This document shows, one piece after another, positions 9,488 to 18,852 of a DNA stretch of 64,000 nucleotides (position 1 is the stretch's first letter; each line of letters opens with the position of its first letter). The notes beneath the pieces are model-generated. The model ran no database searches and was not told the origin of the DNA. It worked only from the letters and a program-made list of their open reading frames with translations. This DNA is from Bacteroidales bacterium (GTDB lineage Bacteria; Bacteroidota; Bacteroidia; Bacteroidales; VadinHA17), in NCBI GenBank assembly GCA_029932855.1, contig JAOZPG010000005.1:829-64828 (forward strand), read 5' to 3'. A program made the position numbers and the translations under genes.

Positions 9488-10366
9488 ATGAAAGATTCAC
9501 ATATCATTAAGCGAAAGCCTGTGGTTGCAGGTAGTTTCTATAGTTCTGATCCTAAAAAACTTACAACTGAGCTTAAGAAATACTTCTCTGGTGCGGGTTC
9601 CCAGGCAATAACAAGAAACATACGTGCTTTAATATCTCCTCATGCCGGCTATGTGTACTCAGGGCAGGTAGCTGCTTCGGCTTTTAATAGTCTTGATCCC
9701 CTGGCTTCATATAAGAACATATTCATTATTGGCAGCAGTCACCATATAAGTTTTGACGGTGCCTCAGTGTATAGCCGGGGAAATTATTATACTCCCCTGG
9801 GAGAGATTAAAGTTAACAGGGAACTGGCAAAGACACTTATTTCGGACAATAGCTGTTTTGACTTTAATATGGCTGCACATTCTAATGAACATAGCCTGGA
9901 AGTACAGTTGCCCTTCCTTCAGTTCAGGCTAAGCAAAGCCTTTCAAATAGTTCCTGTTGTAATAGCTACTAACAACAAGGAAAGAGTAAAGGACATATCA
10001 GTAGCACTGCAGCCTTATTTCAATAAGGATAACCTGTTTGTAATAAGTACAGATCTTTCTCATTATCCCGGATATTCAGATGCTGTAATTGCAGACAGGA
10101 GGATGATAGAGGCTGTGGAAAGTGGGATCCCGGATAAGCTGTCAGAGGCGGCGAAAAAGAATAAGCAGTCGGCATTTACAGGGCTCATGACCAGCATGTG
10201 CGGCTGGACATCGGTATTATGTTTAATGTATCTGGCAGAAAAAGAGTCCGGCCTGAAATTTAAAAAGATATTGTATAAAAACTCGGGGGATGTTGAATTT
10301 GGCGATAAAGATCGTGTTGTCGGTTATGTTTCAATCTTGCTCGAATCAGATAAAGCTCATGCTTAA
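9488..10366 (+). CDS. amrB: AmmeMemoRadiSam system protein B (MEMO1 family)
   Basis: VAGSFY...SPHAGYVYSG N-terminal signature of MEMO1/AmrB. Starts 23 nt after the pfk stop. Confidence 0.8.
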   Translation: MKDSHIIKRKPVVAGSFYSSDPKKLTTELKKYFSGAGSQAITRNIRALISPHAGYVYSGQVAASAFNSLDPLASYKNIFIIGSSHHISFDGASVYSRGNYYTPLGEIKVNRELAKTLISDNSCFDFNMAAHSNEHSLEVQLPFLQFRLSKAFQIVPVVIATNNKERVKDISVALQPYFNKDNLFVISTDLSHYPGYSDAVIADRRMIEAVESGIPDKLSEAAKKNKQSAFTGLMTSMCGWTSVLCLMYLAEKESGLKFKKILYKNSGDVEFGDKDRVVGYVSILLESDKAHA

Positions 10367-10922
10367 GACAGAAGAGAAGAAAAGATTACTGCTAATAGCA
10401 AGGAAAGCCCTGGAAGAAGAGATAGGCAGCAGCCTTCCCCACAGACTGATAGCTAAAGATCTTCCCCCTGCCCTTTTACAGGATGGGAGTGCTTTTGTGA
10501 GCCTGCATACCAGGAAGGACAATAAACTAAGGGGCTGCATAGGCAGGTTTAATACTTATATCCCCCTGTATGAACTGGTCAGGGAATTGGTTGTTTCTTC
10601 GGCCACAAAGGATTACAGGTTCCCGGCCATGAAAGCTGATGAACTGGAAAGAGTGGATATTGAGATATCCGTGTTAAGTCCCCAAAAGAAGATCAGCTCT
10701 ATTGAAGAGATAGAACTGGGCAGGCATGGAATTTATATTAAGAAAGATGCTCAGAGCGGCACTTTTCTTCCCCAGGTAGCTGCAGAACAAGGTTGGGATC
10801 TAGAAGAATTCCTTGGATATTGCTCCAAACACAAGGCAGGCCTGGGATGGAATGGTTGGAAAGAAGCGGATATTTACATTTTTGAAGCAGAAATATTTTC
10901 GGAGAAAGAATTCCGTACATAG
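10359..10922 (+). CDS. amrA: AmmeMemoRadiSam system protein A (AMMECR1 domain)
   Basis: LRGCIGRF AMMECR1 motif. Start taken at ATG 10359 (MLKTEEKK), which overlaps the amrB stop by 8 nt (ATGCTTAA). The longer track ORF from 10290 would overlap amrB by 77 nt. Confidence 0.8.
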   Translation: MLKTEEKKRLLLIARKALEEEIGSSLPHRLIAKDLPPALLQDGSAFVSLHTRKDNKLRGCIGRFNTYIPLYELVRELVVSSATKDYRFPAMKADELERVDIEISVLSPQKKISSIEEIELGRHGIYIKKDAQSGTFLPQVAAEQGWDLEEFLGYCSKHKAGLGWNGWKEADIYIFEAEIFSEKEFRT

Positions 10923-10970
10923 ATTCCTGTACTCTTGCCGGCTCCACAACAGGACTGCTAAAAGCAATGT

Positions 10971-11528
10971 CTATTTTAATAAGTCCTTGTATTTTTCCCT
11001 GATCTTCTTCAGCTTGGGACCAACAACCACCGAACAATAAGGCTGTGATGGATTATTTGAGTAATAATCCTGGTGATAATCTTCCGCCTCATAAAATGTC
11101 TTTAAAGCAGCTATCTCAGTAAGTATTGGTCTTGAAAAATCCCCGGCTGCCTGCTTCATCGATGATTCTGCAATTTTTCTCTGCTCCTCGTTATGATAGA
11201 ATATTACAGATCTGTATTGCGTTCCTATATCCCCACCCTGCCGGTTAAGGCTTGTAGGATCATGAATTGCCCAGAAAACTTCAAGAAGCCCGGCATAGCT
11301 GATAATTGCCGGATCAAAACTCAGCTGACATACCTCTGCATGACCTGTATTACCTGTACTGACTTCTTTATATCCCGGGTTAACAGATTTTCCTCCTGAA
11401 TAACCTGAAACCACTGAAGTAACACCTCTCAGGTCTTTATAAATAGCTTCCACACACCAGAAACAACCGGCTCCAAATGTTGCCAGTTCAGTTGCATCCG
11501 CCTTTTTATTTTTAAGCTCTACAGTCAT
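10971..11528 (-). CDS. msrA: peptide-methionine (S)-S-oxide reductase
   Basis: GAGCFWCVEA active-site motif. Start taken at MTVELKNKK (the track ORF is extended 22 codons upstream). Confidence 0.9.
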   Translation of the reverse strand: MTVELKNKKADATELATFGAGCFWCVEAIYKDLRGVTSVVSGYSGGKSVNPGYKEVSTGNTGHAEVCQLSFDPAIISYAGLLEVFWAIHDPTSLNRQGGDIGTQYRSVIFYHNEEQRKIAESSMKQAAGDFSRPILTEIAALKTFYEAEDYHQDYYSNNPSQPYCSVVVGPKLKKIREKYKDLLK

Positions 11529-11590
11529 GTATTTATTTTTTTTATATTTATTGAACCACTCAGGAATACGAACAATGCAATAAATAAAAA

Positions 11591-11950
11591 TCAAAAAAGA
11601 GGTTCCTCCTTTATAATTATACGATAATAGTCATCATCCAGCTTCAGTACTCCCCTTTCGAAACAATATACTGATAACTGGTTTTTTGCAGATATGCTTG
11701 TCTGAGTATGGAAATCAAAATTATAACCCCTGGCAATAAGCTGGTCCCTGTGTATCTTTGTCCTCCCCTCCTTATCAAGATCAGCAAGCACCCTGCGGTT
11801 CCTGCGAAGCACATTCTGAATATTCCTTATAAGTGATAACTCAGCACGATTCTGCCTGTTATTATAAGAATTCCTGCAGTTATCATCACAGAACTTCTTA
11901 TCCGATCTGCCTTTTAATGGGGCGCCACAATAGAGACAAAAAGCTTGCAT
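11591..11950 (-). CDS. small zinc-ribbon protein, function unknown
   Basis: N-terminal CLYCG...FCDDNC four-Cys ribbon followed by a basic helical region. 119 aa. Confidence 0.4.
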   Translation of the reverse strand: MQAFCLYCGAPLKGRSDKKFCDDNCRNSYNNRQNRAELSLIRNIQNVLRRNRRVLADLDKEGRTKIHRDQLIARGYNFDFHTQTSISAKNQLSVYCFERGVLKLDDDYYRIIIKEEPLF

Positions 11951-12175
11951 TTATCTGATATTTAATAAACCTAACAGATTTAATCTTAAAAATATTGATT
12001 TTCTGAAGAAATATAGCTTCAGATCAGGAAATTATGAAATCTATATAGTAAAATATCCGATTTTAAATGATTATAAACGTTTAACTCCCGACTCCTGCCG
12101 GTAAAATACCTTTTATTTGCAGTGTATGTTCGTGTAATCATTACAACAAATTATTAACTACTTAAATCTTTAGTC

Positions 12176-12589
12176 ATGAACAATTTGAACAACAGAGTAA
12201 ATTTAATCGGTAATCTCGGTACAGATCCCGATGTGAAAGAACTTGAAAGCGGAAAAAAACTGGCAAAATTCTCACTGGCCACTACTGAGAGATACAAAAA
12301 CAAGGAAGGGGAAAAGGTGTCTGACACACAGTGGCATAATCTTGTGTTATGGGGCCCAAGGGTGGATTTTGCTGAAAAATATCTCAAAAAAGGCCAGTCT
12401 GTTGCAGTGGAAGGCAGGTTAAACCACAGGAGTTACGATGATAAGGATGGTATTACAAGATATTTTACCGAAATTATCGTAAATGATATTTTTATGCTGG
12501 GAACCGGAAAAGTTTCTGAAGCAGGACCAGAACCGGCAGGAGTAACAAAAAAAGCAACTTCATCCTCTGCCGGAAAAACTAAAAAGTAA
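12176..12589 (+). CDS. ssb: single-stranded DNA-binding protein (no acidic C-terminal tip)
   Basis: OB-fold signature NRVNLIGNLGTDPDVKE...AKFSLAT...TQWHNLVLWG. The C-terminus ends ...SSSAGKTKK. Confidence 0.85.
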   Translation: MNNLNNRVNLIGNLGTDPDVKELESGKKLAKFSLATTERYKNKEGEKVSDTQWHNLVLWGPRVDFAEKYLKKGQSVAVEGRLNHRSYDDKDGITRYFTEIIVNDIFMLGTGKVSEAGPEPAGVTKKATSSSAGKTKK

Positions 12590-12607
12590 GGACATAAATA
12601 ATTATTT

Positions 12608-12642
12608 AATGCTATCATCTTGAATACTGAGGTGATAGCATT
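12608..12642. terminator. hairpin between convergent ssb and thioesterase genes
   Basis: Perfect 10-bp stem AATGCTATCA/TGATAGCATT with a 15-nt loop in an AT-rich flank. Sits in the 59-nt gap between two convergent stops. Confidence 0.5.
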
Positions 12643-12648
12643 ATTATA

Positions 12649-13380
12649 TTAGCTCATCTTCAGTCTTATCCTGAATGTTTCCCTGCCACTTTCATCATCC
12701 CTGATATTTGCAATATATATCCCGTCCTGTCCACCGGATATATTAACAGTCAGCTCATCTCCCCAATATATTTCAGAGATATGATTTAACTCAATTGAAG
12801 ATATTTGCATTTTCTCCATGATCTCTTTTGGAAAAGTATTAAGTACCCATTTTACGTAATTTGTACTGCTTACATGCTTATTAATATCAACATCTGTATA
12901 TGCAGCCTTATAATTACCGCTGAATACTATCTCTGACACTGCTGGAAGCTTTTCCAGTTTACGCTTAATTGCAATCCTGTCAGGATTTAACAGGGATTCA
13001 TGCATATGCGTCATTTGGGGCCTTTTAGTTATAAAATCTATTAGCAGCCAGTAGGTGGTGGCCCTGCCAATAAGTTTCTCATCTTTATTCATTATCAAAA
13101 AATCACGTCTGGCAAACAGGCGGTCATAATCTTTGGGCCAGGTTTCAATAATTACAGATGAACCCATGACCGGATATTTTTCCAGTTCCAGTAACATACG
13201 GGAAAGCACCCATGTCTGATGTTTGTCTTTTTGAAGTTCTTTAACACCCATTTTTAAATATTGGGCATGCACACCTGCAATCTCATAAAGAAAATCCAGG
13301 ATGGAATTCATCCTGGCTATACCCTTATAATTAGTATGATAGGATCTTATCCTAAACTCTTCCCTGTATACTTCTGCCAT
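12649..13380 (-). CDS. acyl-ACP thioesterase
   Basis: FRIRSYHTNYKG...LDFLYEIAGVHA matches the FatA/B-like bacterial acyl-ACP thioesterase N-terminus. Double hot-dog length (243 aa). Confidence 0.8.
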   Translation of the reverse strand: MAEVYREEFRIRSYHTNYKGIARMNSILDFLYEIAGVHAQYLKMGVKELQKDKHQTWVLSRMLLELEKYPVMGSSVIIETWPKDYDRLFARRDFLIMNKDEKLIGRATTYWLLIDFITKRPQMTHMHESLLNPDRIAIKRKLEKLPAVSEIVFSGNYKAAYTDVDINKHVSSTNYVKWVLNTFPKEIMEKMQISSIELNHISEIYWGDELTVNISGGQDGIYIANIRDDESGRETFRIRLKMS

Positions 13381-13534
13381 TTTCTAATAGTTCTTTTTTA
13401 TTAATCTGCCTCCCGCGACAGTATATTATAATCAACACAATTAATTAATCCATATTAAATAACCTGGGTGATTGTGAATATAAATTACTCCAACCAGGCT
13501 TCTCTTCATGCTTGTAAACTATCAATATATCCAC

Positions 13535-15865
13535 TTAATAAAGAATATTTTCTAACTTCCGGAACAGCCACATGAAGTTCTCCTTTGTTTCGTCATCAAA
13601 ATCTTCAAACTTCATATTGTTATCCTGTACCTCATTCATAAAATTTGATGCCAGTACAGCCCTCGAATACCTGTTATCCTTTAGGAATATTGAATTAGAT
13701 TCAGGAATACCAACCCTTTGATGTAATACATATTTTTTAAAGTCAAGGGTTGAGAAAAAATCTTCCACACTAAGGAAGCTTTCCATGTTTATAAGATATT
13801 TTTTTTCCAGCTTCCTGTCGCCCCTGCAAAGATTCTGCTTCAGGTCATTATGAATTTCCAGACCCTTTGCATTACCACCTGTAAGAACGATAAAATCAAT
13901 TCCCCAGCCCAGCAACAGGTTTACAAGGGTTTCAACATTAGAAATATGCGAAGAGGGAAGAAGGTAAACTTCCTTTTCCAGTTCTATCAGTGACAGTATG
14001 GTTGACAGGTAATAATAAGTAGATATGTCTTCAAGTATCACGTTATTCTTTTGCCGAATGTACTGTTGCTCGGAAAGACGGGCACCTATAAGGGTGTATA
14101 TAGGTGAAAGGGTATCTGCAGAAGCGGCTGTAAGCGATTTTGCATTGAATATCTTTGTCTCACTTGAATCTTTATCTTCTATCTCTCTTTGGACAGCAAG
14201 CAATCGGTATATCTTCTTTGAGTCTATCAGGTGGGGAGAATGAGTGGAATAGATCACCTGCATCCTGTCTTTTATATAATCAAAAACTTTTAATACATCC
14301 TCCTGTGCCCGGGCATGCAGACTGAGTCCCGGCTCATCAATAAGCAAAACCATGCCTTTCCCGTGCTCTGAAAGAGCAGCAGCCTTAAGTTCGAGGTAAA
14401 ACGACAGGAACCAGCGCACTCCCCTGCTCCGTTGCTTGGGATATAATCTTTCATGCCTGTCCTTTATCCAGAACTCCAGGTATGGATATCCGCTTTTTTC
14501 AGGATGGGACTGCGAATAATGCTCCATCTCGAAACTGATACTTATCTTGTTTCTTTTTCCTATTTGCTGCCTCCAGAAATCCTGAAAATCTACAGTAATG
14601 CTTCTATTGAGTCTTTCAATCTTCTGTTTTAACAGCCTGCTGCTTCCTTCCACAAAAAAAGAAGGTGTAAGTCCTGATAATTTAAGGAAATTCCTTGCAG
14701 CCCTCATCCCTTCTACCTCTCTATTGGCACCCAATATATCTTCCAGATCTATCTTGTTTGGCAAAAGACTGCTAAAGTCCTCAAACAGAACAAACTCGGG
14801 GATATGCTCAAATATAGCTGTACCAGCCTCTTCTCTTGAATAATACTTGTCTATATGAGGTTTTTCCGATTCCACTTCCCTTTCTGCTGCAGTCAGGGTC
14901 ATCCCCTCTGCAACTTTATAAGCCAGGTTAAGTTTTATTATTGCATCTTCATTTGCCAGATCATATTCCTGCAGTGCTTTAACATACTTTTCATTAAGCT
15001 TATCAAGCTCAGGCTTAACTCCTCTCCTGTCAATTTCATATTTTATTGAATTAAATATACGCTGCAGGTCCCTTAGCTCCTTATAAGTAGATTCAAGTAC
15101 ATCAATAGCTGTATCCAGCCTTATAGTTGCCTGCCTGCTGCTCTCGGCAATTTTATAATTGCGTGTAAGCTCTTCAGCTTCTTTTTTCAATAATTGTAAT
15201 TCCTTCTTTTTCCTGGTAAGAGTCCCTGTTGATTGTGCAAGATCTTTTTCCATTTTACTGAGTCTTGCCAGGCTGGCCTTATCAGCATCTTTTCCTTTTT
15301 TTAGCTTACTTTCTTTTTGCTCCTCTGCAATAAGTAATCTGAATCTGTCAATATCCTGCACCAGCATTTTCCTGTCTTTTTCAGCTTCAGCATATAACTG
15401 CACTGCTTTATCCTTCTTTTCCAGGCAGGCATCAACTTTCTTATGGAGTTTTTTCTGATATTCAGAATTCAGTTTTTCATGTTTATCAAATAAGGCAGAC
15501 ATCTTCTGCCCTCCGATCTTTATCCTGCTGCCGAGATCCTCATCCCATATCCTGGTGAGGCACAACTCCCTGGACGACTTTATTTGCTTCAATACTCCAG
15601 GTGGCAATTCCTTTTCATCGAGAACTTTTCCTGCCAGCCCGGGATCAATCTCAAAGCAACACGACACAACAGGGAGGCTCATGTCTCCCCTTAATATGTC
15701 TTCCGAAACAGTCCCTGTATAAAAGCTGTTTAATGCTTCGAGTATAGAAGTTTTCCCCGACTCATTCTGCCCTATGATTCCGGTAATATTATCCGGAGAT
15801 AAGTCATTCCATCCCGAGTCAATTATAGAACGGTAATTATGTATTCTAAAACTTATAAGTTTCAC
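13535..15865 (-). CDS. SMC/OLD-like ABC-type ATPase with coiled-coil insertion and degenerate TOPRIM-like C-terminal domain
   Basis: Walker A GQNESGKTS near the N-terminus. A ~220-aa K/E/L-rich heptad-like insert follows. Then RSRGVRWFLSF, Walker B VLLIDEPGLSLH and YSTHSP. The C-terminal segment NNVILEDISTYYYL...DFIVLTGGNAKG resembles a TOPRIM/DUF4435 core but lacks a DxD. Confidence 0.7.
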   Translation of the reverse strand: MKLISFRIHNYRSIIDSGWNDLSPDNITGIIGQNESGKTSILEALNSFYTGTVSEDILRGDMSLPVVSCCFEIDPGLAGKVLDEKELPPGVLKQIKSSRELCLTRIWDEDLGSRIKIGGQKMSALFDKHEKLNSEYQKKLHKKVDACLEKKDKAVQLYAEAEKDRKMLVQDIDRFRLLIAEEQKESKLKKGKDADKASLARLSKMEKDLAQSTGTLTRKKKELQLLKKEAEELTRNYKIAESSRQATIRLDTAIDVLESTYKELRDLQRIFNSIKYEIDRRGVKPELDKLNEKYVKALQEYDLANEDAIIKLNLAYKVAEGMTLTAAEREVESEKPHIDKYYSREEAGTAIFEHIPEFVLFEDFSSLLPNKIDLEDILGANREVEGMRAARNFLKLSGLTPSFFVEGSSRLLKQKIERLNRSITVDFQDFWRQQIGKRNKISISFEMEHYSQSHPEKSGYPYLEFWIKDRHERLYPKQRSRGVRWFLSFYLELKAAALSEHGKGMVLLIDEPGLSLHARAQEDVLKVFDYIKDRMQVIYSTHSPHLIDSKKIYRLLAVQREIEDKDSSETKIFNAKSLTAASADTLSPIYTLIGARLSEQQYIRQKNNVILEDISTYYYLSTILSLIELEKEVYLLPSSHISNVETLVNLLLGWGIDFIVLTGGNAKGLEIHNDLKQNLCRGDRKLEKKYLINMESFLSVEDFFSTLDFKKYVLHQRVGIPESNSIFLKDNRYSRAVLASNFMNEVQDNNMKFEDFDDETKENFMWLFRKLENILY

Positions 15866-15938
15866 GGAAAAAATATTTAAAGCACTTTCTTCATCATTGA
15901 TCTACCAACCCACTAATGTAATTAAAAAATATAGCAGG

Positions 15939-16787
15939 TCAAATTTTCAGTCCCATTACAAGAATATCATCTACCTGGTCATAACTGCCTTTCCAGTTAA
16001 GAAATTCGTTAAGCAATAACTCTTTTTGCTCCCTCATCGGTCTTTTGCTGTTAGAATGTAACAGCGACTGGAACTGCCGGTATTTATATTTCTTACCTTT
16101 TTTCCCTCCAAACTGGTCAGCAAAACCATCTGAAAACAGATAGACAATATCTCCTTTATGCATAGTGATAAGGTGATTACTAAATGAAACTTCTTCTATA
16201 CCGCTGATACCAATAGGCATCCTGTCGCCTTTCATCTGCTTTATCTCTCCTTTCCGGATATAATGCAGAAAGTTATTTGCTCCTGCATACTGCAATTCAT
16301 TTGTTGATCTGTTCAATGCGATCAGGCCAATATCCATACCGTCCTGCGATTCATTTCTGGCACCTGTCTGGTGCAAAGCTTTCATAACCTTTTCTCTCAT
16401 CAGGTTAAGTATCCTGTTAGGCTTTATAAATTCCCTCTTCGACATGATCTCGTTAAGGAATGATATTCCAAGAATGCTCATCAGTGCACCCGGAACGCCA
16501 TGCCCTGTACAGTCTGCAACAGCGATATATATCCATTGATCCATAGGATATAACCAGTAGAAGTCTCCGCTGACTATATCTCTTGGCAGGTAAAGCACAA
16601 AATGTTCATCAAGATACCTTTCAAGTTGCTGATTGGGCGGTAGTAAGGCAGCCTGTATAAGGAAAGCATACTCTATACTGTCTGTAACCTCTTTCTTATG
16701 CCTTTCAAGCTCCTCCATGGCATCAGCAACACTTCCTGTATTGTTTTCAATATTATTCATCTGCTCAAAGTCATAATACCCTCTCAT
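15939..16787 (-). CDS. stand-alone PP2C/SpoIIE-family serine phosphatase
   Basis: SGDFYW, DCTGHGVPGALMS, SDGFADQFGG and DDILVMG motifs of the SpoIIE/RsbU-type PP2C domain. No sensor domain is attached. Confidence 0.8.
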   Translation of the reverse strand: MRGYYDFEQMNNIENNTGSVADAMEELERHKKEVTDSIEYAFLIQAALLPPNQQLERYLDEHFVLYLPRDIVSGDFYWLYPMDQWIYIAVADCTGHGVPGALMSILGISFLNEIMSKREFIKPNRILNLMREKVMKALHQTGARNESQDGMDIGLIALNRSTNELQYAGANNFLHYIRKGEIKQMKGDRMPIGISGIEEVSFSNHLITMHKGDIVYLFSDGFADQFGGKKGKKYKYRQFQSLLHSNSKRPMREQKELLLNEFLNWKGSYDQVDDILVMGLKI

Positions 16788-16841
16788 AGTCTCCGTAAAA
16801 CAAAACAGATATGATCTGCAGTTTACTCATTAGCTATTATT

Positions 16842-17804
16842 TTACTTCCATACTTCGATATTAATAATATTCACCGGTTTCTTTGCAGAAAAAAAATCAA
16901 TAATACTTTCAGCAGCTTCTTCTGCTATGGCTATCCTGCCTTCATAGCTTGCTGTCCCAATATGTGGAGTAAGTACTACATTTTTCAAAGTTAATAATTG
17001 TTCAGATACTAATGGTTCATTCTCGTATACATCAAGACCGGCACCTCCCAGATGTCCTGATTCAAGTGTCTTAATAAGTTCCTGTTCATCCACAACGCTT
17101 CCTCTGGCAGTATTTACCAGTAATGATCCTTCCTTCATTAATGCAAGTTGCTCCTTTCCTATCATATGATGTGTCTCCCTGGTATAAGGTACATGCAGGC
17201 TTACAAAATCAGATTGTTCAAGCAAATTCTCAAAAGCAGAATATTCCACCTGCTGCTCCCTCTCAGCCGGAGCAGTTAACCTGGTCCTGCTATAATATGT
17301 GATTTTCATACCCATTGCCAGTCCCCTCCTGGCCATAGCTTTGCCTATCCTGCCATAACCAATAATGCCAAGGGTTTTACCATAAAGGCCTGTCCCAAGA
17401 TTGTCAAGCAGTCCCCATCCAAACTTCTCTTTTCTTAACCTGCTGTCTAATTCAGGGATCCTCCTTGCCAGGCTGATAAGTATCCCCATGGCAAGTTCAG
17501 CTGTTGGTTCTGTTACTGATCCTGGAGTATTGGTAACAAGTATATTGTTCAGGCTTGCCTGTTCTACAGGAATATTGTTATATCCAACACCATAATTACT
17601 TATTATTTTAAGATTTTTTGCCCTGCCTATCAGGCCTGACGGGAATTCCTCAGAAAACAGGCAAATCAAGGCATCATAATCTCCTATCGCTGCCAATACA
17701 TCAGGATCTCCCAGCCGCTTGTAATAATCTATAGAAAACCTGTCTGCAAGTAAGTTGAGTCCTTCCCCCGGTATCTGCCCGTTTACCAATACTCTGATAC
17801 TCAT
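16842..17804 (-). CDS. D-isomer-specific 2-hydroxyacid dehydrogenase (glyoxylate/hydroxypyruvate reductase-like)
   Basis: GIIGYGRIGKAMARR NAD-binding motif, the R/E/H catalytic context (NTARG...D, TPHIGTAS). Confidence 0.85.
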   Translation of the reverse strand: MSIRVLVNGQIPGEGLNLLADRFSIDYYKRLGDPDVLAAIGDYDALICLFSEEFPSGLIGRAKNLKIISNYGVGYNNIPVEQASLNNILVTNTPGSVTEPTAELAMGILISLARRIPELDSRLRKEKFGWGLLDNLGTGLYGKTLGIIGYGRIGKAMARRGLAMGMKITYYSRTRLTAPAEREQQVEYSAFENLLEQSDFVSLHVPYTRETHHMIGKEQLALMKEGSLLVNTARGSVVDEQELIKTLESGHLGGAGLDVYENEPLVSEQLLTLKNVVLTPHIGTASYEGRIAIAEEAAESIIDFFSAKKPVNIINIEVWK

Positions 17805-17834
17805 TCTTTATATATTTAAATAAACAAAAATGAT

Positions 17835-17850
17835 ATAATTCCGGAATTAT
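17835..17850. promoter_or_regulatory. perfect 16-bp palindrome ATAATTCCGGAATTAT, candidate operator
   Basis: Read directly. Lies 31 nt upstream of the dehydrogenase start codon, in the divergent region shared with the TonB-like gene. Confidence 0.25.
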
Positions 17851-18059
17851 CTTCAAACCTAGCTTTAGATTGGCAGATTTAAAAATTTCGCTGCAATAAA
17901 ATACCTGAAATAAGAACTCCCGGATATTCTGAAATATAATTATCGAATTTATATAATATATTATTGCTGCAAACTTAATATTGCTTAATGCTGATAAATA
18001 ACCTTATATCCAAAGAGCAGATGATATCAGCCTGAATAATATTTTGTAATTTCGCAGCT

Positions 18060-18797
18060 ATGAAAAGCTCGTCCTATCACAGGAATTTATACGGGATACT
18101 GGGTACCATAATTGTGCACCTGGTACTTGCAATTCTATTTATGCTTATCAAGCTTTCAACTGAAAGAAAAAACTATGAGTCTTACCTGCTGATTGATCTT
18201 GAACCAACAGTTGAAGAAATACTTGAGAAACTGTCCAGCATAGATCTTCCGCAAAATGCAAAGGATATCTCTGTAAATAACTACATGAATATAGCCGTTA
18301 ACATGTCTGACATGCCCGAAGAGGAATTTAATGTTGATGAATATATAGAGCAGTTAAAAAATGAGATGATAGAGGAAGGTGATCTTGATGAGAATAATTT
18401 TATAGATCAGTGGAACAAGGCAGATAAGGATGCCACCCTGGAGTATATTGATAATGATGTGCTAAACAAGGATAAACAGGAAAGGCCGGAATCACAGGAA
18501 ATGGCTGCAAACTACAGGGGACCAACAAGGGTTTATTACGAGCTTAAGAACAGGTTTCACACAAAACTTCCTCTGCCCATATATAAATGCGAGCATGGCG
18601 GAAAAGTAGTTCTGGAGATAATTGTAGGACCTGATGGACGGCTGACTAAGGCAACTGTGCTTCCTGAAGAATCGTCAAGTGATGATAACTGTCTTCATGA
18701 GGCAGCCCTGTCAGCTGCTCTTTCCTCACGCTTTAATCCCGTTAATGATGCAGTTCTGCAAAAAGGAAGTATTACTTATATTTTTGCCACACAATAA
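18060..18797 (+). CDS. TonB-like membrane-anchored protein (C-terminal TonB_C-like domain)
   Basis: N-terminal TM anchor, an acidic linker, and a C-terminal GGKVVLEIIVGPDGRLTKATVL...CLHEAALSAALSSRFNP resembling the TonB C-terminal fold. Confidence 0.45.
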   Translation: MKSSSYHRNLYGILGTIIVHLVLAILFMLIKLSTERKNYESYLLIDLEPTVEEILEKLSSIDLPQNAKDISVNNYMNIAVNMSDMPEEEFNVDEYIEQLKNEMIEEGDLDENNFIDQWNKADKDATLEYIDNDVLNKDKQERPESQEMAANYRGPTRVYYELKNRFHTKLPLPIYKCEHGGKVVLEIIVGPDGRLTKATVLPEESSSDDNCLHEAALSAALSSRFNPVNDAVLQKGSITYIFATQ

Positions 18798-18852
18798 AAA
18801 AAGGCCACCCGAATAGTTTCCGGCAGCCTGTAGTGAAAAATCCTCACTCTTA

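Noticed and set aside
10290-10358. Longer start for the AMMECR1 gene (track ORF from 10290)
   Set aside because: It would overlap amrB by 77 nt and adds a non-conserved hydrophobic leader. ATG 10359 gives the classic ATG..TAA overlap and the expected N-terminus.
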